Shown here: positions 19,826 through 28,915 of the stretch, one piece after another
Numbering within the stretch: the first letter of the stretch is position 1
Layout: the number at the start of each line of letters is the position of its first letter
NCBI GenBank assembly: GCA_036229005.1
Contig: JAZAMN010000031.1
Coordinates: 64,001-128,000, forward strand
Source: Myxococcota bacterium
GTDB taxonomy: Bacteria > Myxococcota_A > UBA796 > CAJQPC01
DNA length: 64,000 bases
Direction of reading: 5' to 3'
Position numbers and translations under genes: made by a program
The notes under the pieces: generated by a model
Databases searched by the model: none
What the model saw: the letters and a program-made list of their open reading frames with translations, nothing else
What the model was told of the DNA's origin: nothing

Positions 19826-21558
19826 TCTACCGCATCTCCGCCAACCAGCCCACGTTCCGCGAGGTGGTCCTCCAACCAGGCTTCAACGTCGTGATCGCGG
19901 ACGTCACGAAGCAGTCCTCGAAGAAAGACAGCAGGAACGGCCTCGGTAAGAGCACGCTCATCGAGATCATCCACTTCTGCCTTGGCTCGCAGACCGAGAG
20001 CAAGAAAGGCCTGTTCGTCCCCAAGCTGAATGGGTGGGCGTTCTCGCTCGACTTCGATCTGGGTGAGCGCCGCGTAGAGGTCACCCGCCACGTCAACAAG
20101 CCCAACGAGTTCCGCATCACCGGTGATGTCGCTGGACTCGGAGAGCTCGTGGACGGCGAGGTGAGACTCACGACGAGGGCGTGGCGAGACACCTTGGGCC
20201 GATACATGTTCGGGATTCCCGAGCGCGACGAGGTAGGGAAGTGGTCGCCAACCTTCCGTGGTGCCTTCGCGTACACCGTGAGGCGAGGCAAGGGCGCCTT
20301 CCTCTCCCCGTTCTCCAACTACAAGAGCCAGGCCACGTGGGACAAACAGGTCCACAACGCGTTCCTCTTGGGCCTGGCCTGGGAGGATGCCCAGGCGGTG
20401 CAGCTCCTTCGGGAGAAGGAGAACGCCGTAAAGGCGCTAAAGGCCGCCGCCAAGTCGGGCGTGATCGATGGCTTCCTCGGAGATGTCGGGAAGCTGGAAG
20501 CAGACCGAGTCCAACTCGCGGAGCAGGTGGAGCAGAGTGAAGCTCGGCTGGCATCGTTCCGCGTCCACGAGGACTACCAGCAGATCGAGCGAAAGGCGTC
20601 CGAGCTGACCCAGGAGATCCACGCGCTCAGCAACGCAAACGTGCTCGATACGCGTCGCGCCAGCCAACTACGCGCAGCAGTAGCCGAGGAAACTGGTGAT
20701 TACGGCTCCTCCCAGGTCGTGCGGCTCTACGAGGATGCGGGTGTGCAACTGCCGGGGATGGTGCTCGAGCGCCTCGAAGCGGTGCAGGCATTCCATCAGA
20801 GAGTTGTCGCCAACCGACGAGATTTTCTCCAGGGGCAGCTCTCCGACATCGAGACCGCAGTCGCAGCCAGGACCGATCAGATCAAGCGGCTCACGGAGAA
20901 GCGAGCGGAGCTGCTGCTCATCCTCTCCGAGACCGGAGCCCTCGACGAGTACACGCGCCTCCAGCAGCGCCACCTCACCCTGGCCGCCAGGTTGAAGGAC
21001 ATCGAGGCTGCGGTGGCGAACCTGAAGAAGTTCGAGGTCGGGCAGAGCGAGATTAAGGTCGAGAAGGAGCAGCTTCACCAGCAAGCTCTTCGAGACTATG
21101 AGGAGAGAGCACCGACCCGAGAGCGAGCGATTCGCTTGTTTAACTCCCACTCTCACGCACTCTACGAGGCTCCGGGGAACCTGCTGATCAACGTGAAGGC
21201 GACCGGATTCAGCTTCGACGTGAAGATTGAGCGCGCCGGGAGCGCCGGAGTCACGGCCATGCAGGTCTTCTGCTACGACCTCACCCTCGCAGAGCTCTGG
21301 GCGTGCCGGTGCCCCTCACCTAGCTTCCTCGTCCACGACAGCTTGATCTTCGACGGGGTGGATGAGCGGCAGGTCGGGCGCGCCCTGGGCCGTGCAGCGG
21401 CGGTCTCGGAGAAGGCAGGCTTCCAGTACGTCTGCACCATCAACAGCGACGCGGTGCCCGAGCACGAGCTGCCGGATGACTTCGACCTCAACGACTACGT
21501 GCGATTGCGCCTCACGGACGCCAGCCCAGCCGGGTCGTTGCTCGGCATCAGGTTCTAA
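19822..21558 (+). CDS. lmuB: SMC/Rad50-like ABC ATPase with DUF2326-type C-terminus (LmuB-like)
   Basis: Walker A SRNGLGKST, coiled coil, GSAG signature, FLVHDS..FDGVDERQ; GTGA overlap. Confidence 0.9.
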   Translation: MIYRISANQPTFREVVLQPGFNVVIADVTKQSSKKDSRNGLGKSTLIEIIHFCLGSQTESKKGLFVPKLNGWAFSLDFDLGERRVEVTRHVNKPNEFRITGDVAGLGELVDGEVRLTTRAWRDTLGRYMFGIPERDEVGKWSPTFRGAFAYTVRRGKGAFLSPFSNYKSQATWDKQVHNAFLLGLAWEDAQAVQLLREKENAVKALKAAAKSGVIDGFLGDVGKLEADRVQLAEQVEQSEARLASFRVHEDYQQIERKASELTQEIHALSNANVLDTRRASQLRAAVAEETGDYGSSQVVRLYEDAGVQLPGMVLERLEAVQAFHQRVVANRRDFLQGQLSDIETAVAARTDQIKRLTEKRAELLLILSETGALDEYTRLQQRHLTLAARLKDIEAAVANLKKFEVGQSEIKVEKEQLHQQALRDYEERAPTRERAIRLFNSHSHALYEAPGNLLINVKATGFSFDVKIERAGSAGVTAMQVFCYDLTLAELWACRCPSPSFLVHDSLIFDGVDERQVGRALGRAAAVSEKAGFQYVCTINSDAVPEHELPDDFDLNDYVRLRLTDASPAGSLLGIRF

Positions 21559-21640
21559 CGCTCAAATCCTCCGAGCCCGGGTCGAAGAAACGCAGCGTTG
21601 GCAGGCCAGAGTCCTCGCAGCCCGCCCCCGGACCTCCCCC

Positions 21641-21985
21641 ATGCAGCCCCCCGACACCTTCGCCCAACAATGGGCCGCCGCCTGGAACAGCCACGACCTG
21701 GACCGAATCCTCGCGCACTACCGGCCCGACGTCCGCTTCCGCTCGAACAAGGCCCTCGCGCTTGTCGGTACGGGCGAAGTCGTCGGAAAACAGGCCCTCC
21801 GCGCCTACTGGCAGGCCGCGCTCGACCATCAGCCCGCGCTGCACTTCACCGTGGAGGAGGTGTTCGTCGGCTACCGGACGCTGGTGATCACCTACACAAA
21901 CCACCGGGGAGTACGGGCTGCCGAGACGCTGCTGTTCGATGACCAGGGGCTGGTGGAGAGCGCATCCGCCTGCCACCTCCCCTGA
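21641..21985 (+). CDS. SnoaL/NTF2-like protein
   Basis: FAQQWAAAWNSHDLDRILAHY..DVRF.S; GKQALRAYW. Confidence 0.9.
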   Translation: MQPPDTFAQQWAAAWNSHDLDRILAHYRPDVRFRSNKALALVGTGEVVGKQALRAYWQAALDHQPALHFTVEEVFVGYRTLVITYTNHRGVRAAETLLFDDQGLVESASACHLP

Positions 21986-22117
21986 CCCCACCCCACCCCC
22001 CAAAAGCACAATCAGGCAAACCTCCGCCACCCCTCCCCATGTCCACCCAGCAGCCCCAGTCCTACCTTGCCACCACCGCCGCCCCACTCCCGGGTCGGCC
22101 ACTACGGAGGCAAGACC

Positions 22118-22984
22118 ATGCTGCTGCAAGACACCTACACCCTCGCGAACGGCGTCCAGATCCCCAAGCTGGGGCTGGGCACCTGGATGATCTCGGACGA
22201 CGCCGTGGAGGGCGCCGTGAAGGCCGCGGTCGGGATGGGCTACCGACACATCGACACGGCGCAGGCCTACGAGAATGAGGCAGGCGTGGGCCGCGGGATC
22301 CAGGGCTGCGGCGTCCCCCGCGAGCAGCTCTTCATCACCACGAAGCTGGCCGCCGAGATCAAGGACTTCGCCGGCGCCGCCGCCGCGATCGACGCCTCCC
22401 TCCAGGCCCTGGGCGTGGACACCATCGACCTGATGCTCATCCACAGCCCGCAGCCCTGGATGGAGTTCGGCAACCCCGACCGCCACATCGAGGGCAACCG
22501 CGCCGCCTGGCGCGCGATGGAGGCCGCCCTGGAGGCCGGGAAGCTCCGCGCCATCGGGGTGAGCAACTTCACCCAGGCCGACCTGGAGAGCCTGATGGAG
22601 ACCGCCAAGGTCAAGCCCATGGTCCACCAACTCCTCGCACACATCAGCAACACGCCCACCGAGCTCATCGCCTTCTGCGAGGCCCAGGGCATGCTGGTCC
22701 AGGCCTACTCCCCCATCGCCCACGGCGAGCTCTTCAAGAACCAACAGGTCGCCCAGATGGCCGAGCGCTACGGGGTCTCCATCCCCCAGCTCTCCATCCG
22801 CTACTGCCTGGAGCTGGGCCTGCTGCCCCTGCCCAAGACCGCAAACCCCGACCACATGCGCGACAACGCCGCCGTGGACTTTCAGATCTCCGAGCAGGAC
22901 ATGGCCACCCTCAAGGCCCTGCCGCAGATCCAGGACTACGGCGAGGCCAGCATGTTCCCGGTCTATGGTGGAAAGCTCGGGTAG
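22118..22984 (+). CDS. aldo/keto reductase
   Basis: GLGTW, GYRHIDTAQAYENE, IDLMLIHSP, IGVSNF, QAYSP; GGAGG RBS. Confidence 0.95.
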   Translation: MLLQDTYTLANGVQIPKLGLGTWMISDDAVEGAVKAAVGMGYRHIDTAQAYENEAGVGRGIQGCGVPREQLFITTKLAAEIKDFAGAAAAIDASLQALGVDTIDLMLIHSPQPWMEFGNPDRHIEGNRAAWRAMEAALEAGKLRAIGVSNFTQADLESLMETAKVKPMVHQLLAHISNTPTELIAFCEAQGMLVQAYSPIAHGELFKNQQVAQMAERYGVSIPQLSIRYCLELGLLPLPKTANPDHMRDNAAVDFQISEQDMATLKALPQIQDYGEASMFPVYGGKLG

Positions 22985-23033
22985 CCCCCCGGCACCCGCC
23001 CCCACCTTCTCCCCATCCTCCCCCTCCTGCATC

Positions 23034-24007
23034 GGCCCACACCCCGGCGCAGGCGAGGTCCCCATGAGCCAGCTCGCCCCCCTCCTGCAGCGCCTCCGCG
23101 CCAAGCACCCCCGCTCCCAATCGGGCGCCGACAGCGGCGTGCCGGGGGTGACGCTGTTCTGGATGGACCAGGAGGCCCCCCGCGCTCCCCTGCTCTACGA
23201 CAGCGGCGTGCTCATCCTGGCCCAGGGCTCCAAGGATGGCTTCCTGGGGGACCGCCACTTCCACTACGACGCCCACACCTGCATGGTCTTCGGCGTACCC
23301 GTGGCCTTCGAGTGCGCGACCCACGCCACCCCCCAGGAGCCCCTGCTGGGCCTGCGTCTGGACGTGGACCCCCGGCGGCTCCACACCCTGGTCGCCCGCC
23401 TGGATCCCGCGCCCCCCGAGCGCCCCGGACTCCACAGCGGCGTCGCGTCCCTGCCCATGGACCAGGCCCTGCTCGACACCACCGAGCGCCTGCTCCGCAC
23501 CCTGGATGACCCCCTGGACCGCGAGATCCTGGGCCCCGCCGCCGCCGACGAGCTGCTCTACCGCGTGCTGCGCTCCCCAGCGGGCCACGTCCTGGCCGCC
23601 CTCACCCGCGAGCACGCCCCCTACGCCCGCATCGCCAGCGCCCTGGAGCACATCCACCGGGACTACGCCGAGCCCGTCGCGGTCGACCAGCTCGCCCAGC
23701 TCTGCGGCATGAGCGTGTCCTCGTTCCACCGGGCGTTCAAACAAGTGACGAGCGACTCCCCGCTCCAGTACGTGAAGAAGCTGCGTCTCCTCAAAGCCAA
23801 GTCTCTCCTCGTCTTTGAACAGGAGCGCGTGGAGCAGGCCGCGTTCGCTGTGGGCTACGCCTCGGCGTCCCAGTTCAGCCGCGAGTTCAAGCGCTACTTC
23901 AAGGTGCCTCCCTCGCAGGCCCAGACCCTCCCCTACGCAGACCCCGCGCCCACCTCCGCACACCCTCCCCCTCTCGCCTAGGCCCACACCCCGGCGCAAG
24001 CGAGGTC
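23034..24007 (+). repeat. 27-bp direct repeats (26/27 identical) bracketing the AraC gene
   Basis: GGCCCACACCCCGGCGCAGGCGAGGTC at 23034-23060 and GGCCCACACCCCGGCGCAAGCGAGGTC at 23981-24007. Confidence 0.9.
23064..23981 (+). CDS. AraC-family regulator (YqhC-like)
   Basis: AQGSK, MSVSSFHRAFK..T..SPLQYVK.LRL, VGYASASQFSREFKRYF. Confidence 0.95.
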   Translation: MSQLAPLLQRLRAKHPRSQSGADSGVPGVTLFWMDQEAPRAPLLYDSGVLILAQGSKDGFLGDRHFHYDAHTCMVFGVPVAFECATHATPQEPLLGLRLDVDPRRLHTLVARLDPAPPERPGLHSGVASLPMDQALLDTTERLLRTLDDPLDREILGPAAADELLYRVLRSPAGHVLAALTREHAPYARIASALEHIHRDYAEPVAVDQLAQLCGMSVSSFHRAFKQVTSDSPLQYVKKLRLLKAKSLLVFEQERVEQAAFAVGYASASQFSREFKRYFKVPPSQAQTLPYADPAPTSAHPPPLA

Positions 24008-24032
24008 ACCACAAGTCAGCCCCCCGCCCGCA

Positions 24033-24557
24033 TCACAGGACCAGAAGCTGCAGGTCCCCGGCCAGCTCGTGGACCTCCGGCCCGGCTTCGGGGCATGCGC
24101 CGTAGACCTGCCTGTCGGCCGTACGCACCAGCGTCCTTCGGGCATGGCCCGTGAGGGTGACGTAGAGCCGCGCCTCTGGAGGAGACCCATCGACCTTGAA
24201 GGGCGCCAGCGCCGCCAGCGCCGCCGACTCCTGGGCCTGGAAGCTCTCGCGCGCAGCGCTGACAGCGGCCTGAGGGACCCTGCGCGCGTCCAGCACGTCG
24301 AACAGCTCAGCGTCCTCAGCCTCCGACACGCCCTCTTCGTCCGCCCAGGGATCGGGCTGCGCAGCGGCGATCGGTACGCCCACCAGCAGCGTGGTGCCCA
24401 GCGCATCATCCAGGGGCGCTCCGTGACGCAGCGCGACCCAGTGATCGCCCAAGGGCCGCAGCCGCTGCTGGAGAGCCTGGAGCCGCTCCAGCGACACAGA
24501 CTCCTCCCACTCCAGCACCCAGCCGAACAACAACAGACCACGGCTCGAATCGTCCAC
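24033..24557 (-). CDS. hypothetical protein (174 aa)
   Basis: GTG start with GGAGG RBS; globular composition. Confidence 0.65.
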   Translation of the reverse strand: MDDSSRGLLLFGWVLEWEESVSLERLQALQQRLRPLGDHWVALRHGAPLDDALGTTLLVGVPIAAAQPDPWADEEGVSEAEDAELFDVLDARRVPQAAVSAARESFQAQESAALAALAPFKVDGSPPEARLYVTLTGHARRTLVRTADRQVYGACPEAGPEVHELAGDLQLLVL

Positions 24558-24677
24558 CAGACCTCCATGGCGAACGCCCGTGCGCCCGCACGGCCTGCTA
24601 TCCAGCCCGGGGCCCGGCAGGAGCCCGCTGGGCTGCGACAGGATGTGACATCGAGCGCCCGAAGCCTGCGCTCGAGC

Positions 24678-26120
24678 TCAGAGCGACCACACCCCAATCA
24701 TCCCGGAGCCGTAGCCCGACTCCCCGGCGTTGAGATGCAGGGGCGCTCCGATCAGCAGGTCGCTGCCGCCATCGCCGCTGATGTCCCCCAGCCCCAGGAC
24801 CAGCGTGCCGAAGCCTGCGCCGCCCGCAGCGCTGTAGAAGCGCGCGTCCGCATCCCCGCTCTTGTACACCCCGCTGGAGAGCGGGCCGTACCACAGGAAG
24901 GCCTCCCCGCCCCCGTCGACATCGACATAGTTGGGCGCGCCCAGGATCAGGTCCCCGTGTCCGTCGGCGTCCACGTCGCCTGCAGCGTCCGCGCTGTAGC
25001 CCAGGTTGGCCTCGCCGGAGCCGCTGTACTCCAGGAGCACGTCCGCGCTGGAGACCGAGAGGGTGCCGCTCACCTGGCCGACAAAGAGCCCCGCGCCGCC
25101 CTGGCCGTCCGCGCTGTAGGGGGTCCCCACCAGGATGTCCGCGAGCCCGTCGCCGTCCACGTCTCCGGCGCCGACCCCGTTGGCCTTCACCAGGGTCGAG
25201 GTCGGGTCGGCCACGAGCACAGCATCCGAGTCGTCCAGGAGCTGGCTGCCAGCGACCGGACCCATCACGACGTAGACCCGGTCCAGGCTGGTGACGAGCA
25301 GGTCGTCCAGCCCGTCGCCGTTCAGGTCGCCGGCACGATCCACGTCCATGCTGGGGGAGACGGGGCCGGTCAGGATCGCGTCGTGGTCCGAGGGCTCGAG
25401 CGCGCCGGAGGGCTGGTCAAAGAGGAACACCGCCAGCCCCGTCCCGCTGGTCATCACCACCTGCGGCTGGGCCGCCTGCAGCACCGTGACCTCGGAGTAG
25501 AAGTCCCCGGCCGGCTCCGACACCGTCGCGATCGGCTCAGACGACGCGCTCACCGGCCCCTCGAACAGGGTCACCGTGGTGATCCCGCCGTAGCTGGGCG
25601 CCGCGACCACCAGGTCCGCGTGGCCGTTGCCCGTGACGTCCAGTCCTCCCTCCGCATCGAGCCCAAAGTAGCCGTCGCCCGGACCTTCGGGCCGCTCCAA
25701 CCCAAGGTCCGCCGCCTCGGCGGTGTGCTCGCCGCTGAGGCCCTGCTCGAACGCGTACACGGCGCCGGTGGTCGGCGCGTTCAACCAGAAGGTGTTGACC
25801 CCGTACTGGTTCTCTCCGCCGGCAGCCGCGTACCGGCCCACGGTGACCTCCCCTCGGACCCCGCGGATCCGCCCCGGCGCAGCGAGCAGCTCGTAGTCCC
25901 CCGAGAAGCGCTCGAGCGGCTCCGGGGGCGCCCCCGTGTCCTTGACTCCCGTGTCCTCGACTCCGGTGTCCTCGGTGCCGGTGTCGCTTGACCCGGTGTC
26001 CTTGTTGCCGGTGTCCCCGGTGCCGGTGTCGTCCGAGCTCTGCTCGGTGTCCGTCGTGCTCGTGCTGTCGTCTACGCTCTCGCCAATGCAGGCGAGCAGC
26101 AGTGCAATGCTGATGGTCAT
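24678..26120 (-). CDS. FG-GAP/integrin-alpha repeat beta-propeller lipoprotein with DTG-repeat linker
   Basis: ALLLAC; seven xxDTG units; several GDxDGDGxxDLxxGAP repeats. Confidence 0.88.
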   Translation of the reverse strand: MTISIALLLACIGESVDDSTSTTDTEQSSDDTGTGDTGNKDTGSSDTGTEDTGVEDTGVKDTGAPPEPLERFSGDYELLAAPGRIRGVRGEVTVGRYAAAGGENQYGVNTFWLNAPTTGAVYAFEQGLSGEHTAEAADLGLERPEGPGDGYFGLDAEGGLDVTGNGHADLVVAAPSYGGITTVTLFEGPVSASSEPIATVSEPAGDFYSEVTVLQAAQPQVVMTSGTGLAVFLFDQPSGALEPSDHDAILTGPVSPSMDVDRAGDLNGDGLDDLLVTSLDRVYVVMGPVAGSQLLDDSDAVLVADPTSTLVKANGVGAGDVDGDGLADILVGTPYSADGQGGAGLFVGQVSGTLSVSSADVLLEYSGSGEANLGYSADAAGDVDADGHGDLILGAPNYVDVDGGGEAFLWYGPLSSGVYKSGDADARFYSAAGGAGFGTLVLGLGDISGDGGSDLLIGAPLHLNAGESGYGSGMIGVWSL

Positions 26121-26235
26121 GGTCGCTCCCAAGGCTGGTCATCCATCGGGTCGCCAGGATGGCGCTGGTGGGAGCGCAGGCCCCCCCGTCAAGAAAATGC
26201 CACAGCCCCCCGCGACCCGCCATTGTCTGCGTTGA

Positions 26236-26862
26236 TCACCGGATGACCTCGACGGCGCACCCAGCGTCGAGGAGTGCCTGGCGGTAGGCGGTGGCGAGGT
26301 GTGCCGCCCTCCCGGGGAGCGCCGAGGTCCCCCACACCACAGACAGCGTGCGCAGGGTGCCCGCGTGGGTCTTGGTGCGCTGGCTGTCCTTGACCGCGTT
26401 CCCGCAGGGGCCCAGCGCGTCCATCAGACACAGCAGCCCGCCCACGCGGATCACCTGTCCGCTGGGGTTGAAGATGTACTCGGTGTCCGGGGCTGCCAGG
26501 CCCACCTCCAGCGCTCCTTGGGTGCGGTCCAGATCCACGACGCTGATCGGCAAGCCCGAGGTGAAGCTGGCCGCATTGCACGCATCCACCGCGGCGTTGA
26601 TGGGCCCCAGCTTTCCCGCCGGGATGGCCTTCTGCACGTACTCGCTGGCCGGCTTGTTCCTCCCCGAGGGCTTGAAGCCCCCCGCCCGCAGCAGGTCCCG
26701 CACCGGCCCCTGGGCGTCCCCTTCGAAGCTGGGCCAGGCCCGCTCCAACAACGCCGAGAGGGTGAGCGAGGGGCTGTGAAGCTCGCCGAGCGCGGCGGGG
26801 AACACCGTCACAAATGCGGAGAGCTCGAGCAGAGGGTGCGGCTGGACGGTCAGCGAGGTCAT
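26236..26862 (-). CDS. B3/B4 domain (PheRS-beta editing-like) protein
   Basis: GFKPSGRNKPASEY, INAAVDACNAAS...LPISVVD, DSQRTK. Confidence 0.88.
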   Translation of the reverse strand: MTSLTVQPHPLLELSAFVTVFPAALGELHSPSLTLSALLERAWPSFEGDAQGPVRDLLRAGGFKPSGRNKPASEYVQKAIPAGKLGPINAAVDACNAASFTSGLPISVVDLDRTQGALEVGLAAPDTEYIFNPSGQVIRVGGLLCLMDALGPCGNAVKDSQRTKTHAGTLRTLSVVWGTSALPGRAAHLATAYRQALLDAGCAVEVIR

Positions 26863-26933
26863 CGGGGCTCCTGTCGGGAGCTTGCCTCACGCGGACCGCA
26901 GCGGCAAAACGGTGAACACCTGTAACCCCACAG

Positions 26934-26962
26934 TTGACACCCCTCTCGCGCGCCGCTACGCT
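26934..26962 (+). promoter_or_regulatory. sigma70-type promoter
   Basis: TTGACA-N17-TACGCT upstream of GAGGAGG and ATG 26990. Confidence 0.7.
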
Positions 26963-26989
26963 CACCGAGCACACCAAAGAGGAGGTCCC

Positions 26990-28894
26990 ATGCTGCTCTT
27001 CGCGCTCCTGGTGGCCTGCGATGCGAGAGACACCGGCCAGGGCTCCTCCCATGACACCGTAGCGGTCGACGACACAGGGTCGGCCGAAACCGGTGACACG
27101 GGCGATGCGCCGGAGGTGACTCCGGGGGGCCCAAGCTGCGAGAGCCCGGCGCGCGTGACCCAGGAGCAGCACCTGGACTGCGCGACGGGCTGGTACGCGG
27201 TGGAGGATGGGCTGTACTACTGGCCGGGGGACTGTGTCTGCAGCGTCGCCGGCAGCTTGGCCCTGGACCTGTCCGAGCTGCCGGAGGGCGCGGTGCTGGC
27301 CGGCCTGACGCAGGTGGAGCGGCTGAGGCTCACAAACGACGCGCCGGGTGCCCTCTTTGCCGACCTGGAGCGCGCGGACGGCATGATCCTGCAGGAGGGC
27401 ACGCAGCCCCGGAGCTTCCCCGCGCTCACGGATCTGGGCTGGATCGAGACCTTGGCGGGGTCCCCAGACACCAGCTTCCCCGCGCTGAAGTCGGCCGAGG
27501 GTTTCGAGCTGAGGGACGACGCCACGCTGGACTTCCCGGTCCTGGAGACGCTCGGCTCCCTCCGGCTCTACAGCGACCGACCCGGGCTGAGCTTCCCGAG
27601 CTTGACCAGCATCAGCAAGGAGCTGATCTTCTCGCAACAGACCCCCTCCGACCCGCTCCACAGCTTCCCGGTCCTGGTGAGCGTGGACACGCTCCAAGGG
27701 AGCGGTGAGGGCACGCCCGGAAGCTTCCCCGCGCTGGCGCACTTGGAAGAGCTGGACCTCACCACTGGGATCGGCCCCGACCCGGCGCACGAGCTCTTTC
27801 CGGCCCTGGCGAGCATCACCATGGTCGAGGCCACCCACGACGCGAGCGCAGACCTGGGCGAGGTCCTCGTGTTCAAGCGGCTCACCCTCCGGGATCAGGC
27901 CGTCATCCGCGCCAAGCTGGACCCAGGCGCCAGCGAGCTGGAGATCCTGGTCGACGACGACAGCCGACTGGAGCTGGACGGCGACACGGACCCCGAGCAG
28001 GTGATCACCGCCTACGGCCCGGGCGAGCTGGTCTTGCGCATGGAGGAGCTGCCGGCGACGCTGATCTGCGAGACCGAGCTGCACCTGAGCGGCGACGCCC
28101 TGACCCGCGCCGGAACTCTGAAGTTGGAGGACCAGGCCCAAGCGGAACTCAGCGCCCTCCAGACCCTGGGGACCCTGGAGCTGGACGACGACGCCCGCTT
28201 CACCGCAGACACCCTCCGCCAGGCGGAGACGCTGGAGGTCCGCACGAGCGAGCCCCTGAAGCTCCCCGGACTGGAGGAGATCGGCTCCCTGAGTGTTGAG
28301 CGAGGCGCGGTCCTCACGGCCACCGCTGTGACCCGGGCGGACAGCATCGCGGTCTACGGCGACGGCGACTTGAGCGGCCTGCTCACCCTGGGGAGCGGCG
28401 AATTCACCTACGGGAGCTACAACCTGAGCGCCCTGCAGAGCGCCCAGAGCCTGGACGTGGTCGACTGCAGCACCCTGGGCTCCCTGGCGCTGCTGGACAC
28501 CATCGAGACCCAGTCCAGCGCCTGCGCGCTGCCTGCGCTGACCGACTCCGTGAGCGGCGGCGCCATCGAGCTGTCCGGGAAGGCCCTCTACACCCTGCCG
28601 GATGGCGTCTCTCAGGTGGTGTGGTTCAAGAGCGGTTCGGGCAGCGTCACCCTGGAGAATCCCGGCGCCAAGGTGCTCCTGCAAGGCAACAGCACGACCC
28701 CCACACACAGCGTCGTGGACAGCGCCTACGTGGTGGAGGTCGACATGTACCGGGCGACCAGCCTGGGGACCCTGAGCGACCTGCAGAGCGCCAAGCGCCT
28801 GCGCTACTGCCTGCCCGACGTCCCCAAGGCGGACGTGGACGCCTGGGTCGCCAGCGTCTCAGTGAGCGGCACGGTCACAAACACCTGTCCCTGA
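26990..28894 (+). CDS. lipoprotein with leucine-rich / receptor-L-domain-like solenoid repeats
   Basis: MLLFALLVAC; repeated SFPAL..L / FPVL / FPSL units. Confidence 0.8.
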   Translation: MLLFALLVACDARDTGQGSSHDTVAVDDTGSAETGDTGDAPEVTPGGPSCESPARVTQEQHLDCATGWYAVEDGLYYWPGDCVCSVAGSLALDLSELPEGAVLAGLTQVERLRLTNDAPGALFADLERADGMILQEGTQPRSFPALTDLGWIETLAGSPDTSFPALKSAEGFELRDDATLDFPVLETLGSLRLYSDRPGLSFPSLTSISKELIFSQQTPSDPLHSFPVLVSVDTLQGSGEGTPGSFPALAHLEELDLTTGIGPDPAHELFPALASITMVEATHDASADLGEVLVFKRLTLRDQAVIRAKLDPGASELEILVDDDSRLELDGDTDPEQVITAYGPGELVLRMEELPATLICETELHLSGDALTRAGTLKLEDQAQAELSALQTLGTLELDDDARFTADTLRQAETLEVRTSEPLKLPGLEEIGSLSVERGAVLTATAVTRADSIAVYGDGDLSGLLTLGSGEFTYGSYNLSALQSAQSLDVVDCSTLGSLALLDTIETQSSACALPALTDSVSGGAIELSGKALYTLPDGVSQVVWFKSGSGSVTLENPGAKVLLQGNSTTPTHSVVDSAYVVEVDMYRATSLGTLSDLQSAKRLRYCLPDVPKADVDAWVASVSVSGTVTNTCP

Positions 28895-28915
28895 GGAGGG
28901 ACCTCAGCCGCGCGC

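Larger units (their letters stand above)
18364..21560. mobile_element. small defence island at the 3' end of ychF (degenerate; no integrase seen)
   Basis: Visibly more A/T-ending codons than the flanks; short CACCTGG/AACCTGG repeats right after the ychF stop; HTH-like ORF fragment; defence cargo. Confidence 0.55.

Noticed and set aside
21549..21560. Possible attR: AGGTTCTAACG at the ATPase end versus AGGTTCAACG at the ychF end
   Set aside because: The match is about 10 bp with an indel and is explained by both proteins ending in an RF motif; too weak to call.
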